A DNA stretch of 64,000 nucleotides from Octopus vulgaris (Eukaryota): contig OX597824.1 in the NCBI GenBank assembly GCA_951406725.2, positions 20,832,001 through 20,896,000 of the forward strand. Reading direction: 5' to 3'. A program made the translations under genes and the position numbers. Below the pieces are notes generated by a model, which saw only the letters and a list, made by a program, of their open reading frames with translations, had not been told where the DNA came from and did not search any database. Positions 63,019 to 64,000 of the stretch are shown piece after piece; positions within the stretch are counted from its first letter, which is position 1; each line of letters starts with the position of its first letter.

Positions 63019-64000
63019 AGGGATGGATGGAGTTCATAGGCAAGCATTTACCTAGTGGTCTACTGGTGTATGAAAGGATTTAAGAAATCCAGTAGATCCG
63101 GATTTAGGAAAGCTATACTGGGGTCATAAAGGAGGGAGATGGATTTAATTTGTTAGAGACTGTAGTTCTTAATGACCGTCTCTGACACCTTTGAGATGTT
63201 GGAAGTGGGAATGATTAGTGTTGTAGCTGAGAGGGGAGTAAAGAGGAGCGACTGCTGCCCCATCACCCAAGCACTTTTTTTAAAAATTGGTGCCTTTACA
63301 GCAATGTTTTTTACCTCTTTACTTCACTTGTACAATAACAGTTGAATCTCTTGTTTTTTATTAGTTGCATGTCCTTGGAAGAAGTTTCTGGAGTTGTGTT
63401 TTTGAGCTGTCAGCTCAATCTCCTGTGATGTACTGGTGGCCACTGATGTCTGAAGAACCAAAACAAACCCCAACGTAATAACCTCCTGACACTGGACGGT
63501 CCAGTGGTGTTTCATCTTTTTCGCATCACACTTATGTCAGTAGTTGTGCATTTCATAAATAATGACATTGATAATGAACATGAAATTAATGAAATATTTT
63601 GTGCAATATAAGAGAAATGAGTTAAAAATTGTTTGTTGTGTGTCATGGCACCCTTTTCTTTTTTGTGTGTGATTGCTTATCTTAACTTTAAAATCTTGCA
63701 ACACTACTGGGAATGATATCTCAATAGTTGGTGTGGTGGGTCAGACATGTAGGGACGCCATTTTGGAAGTCTTCAGCGCGCATGTGCAGAGTTGGATTTC
63801 TTCCAGTAGGCCGCTAGAAGTTCCCTCATGCTCATGCACAGAGAACTACCAACAGAAAAATTTCCTGCTGGATTGACCTCTTTCGAAGCTGCAGCTGAAT
63901 TGAATGGATGTGTCCTCATGGCTCTCCCAAGCAAGCCAACATGTGGAGAAGCCACTCTACACTGGAACGAGACAGCATTTGGCTCACACCATTTAACTAC

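Noticed and set aside
61960-64000. Coding-like segments around the SINE dimer
   Set aside because: Short interrupted ORFs with no recognisable domain or consistent splice sites; probably old LINE debris but unsupported.

Overview
AT-rich, repeat-dense eukaryotic DNA. The SINE families and microsatellite load suggest a cephalopod, probably Octopus (inference). (1) 1-~17140 is a compound satellite block: 9/10/22-bp modules, then a 13-bp array with a ~2.37-kb higher-order repeat and at least 8 strand switches. All ORFs there are artefacts. (2) One spliced minus-strand gene was assembled by hand from 8 phase-compatible GT-AG coding exons (40306->25847; 2304 nt, 767 aa), with a probable 5' UTR exon/promoter near 46.9-47.2 kb. 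It encodes an unusual chimaera: ubiquitin/PB1-like N-terminus, SAMD3-like helical domain, internal BTB/POZ domain and AT-hook. (3) The rest is SINEs (4 families), Helitron, piggyBac and hAT MITEs, mariner, CR1 and RTE fragments, and microsatellites. The most striking hidden signal is a set of hammerhead ribozyme motifs of four architectures. One (41072-41133) has a complete catalytic core and all three stems, but in a strand order that is not type I, II or III, so it would have to fold as a pseudoknot. All family assignments are from motif recognition only; no searches were run.
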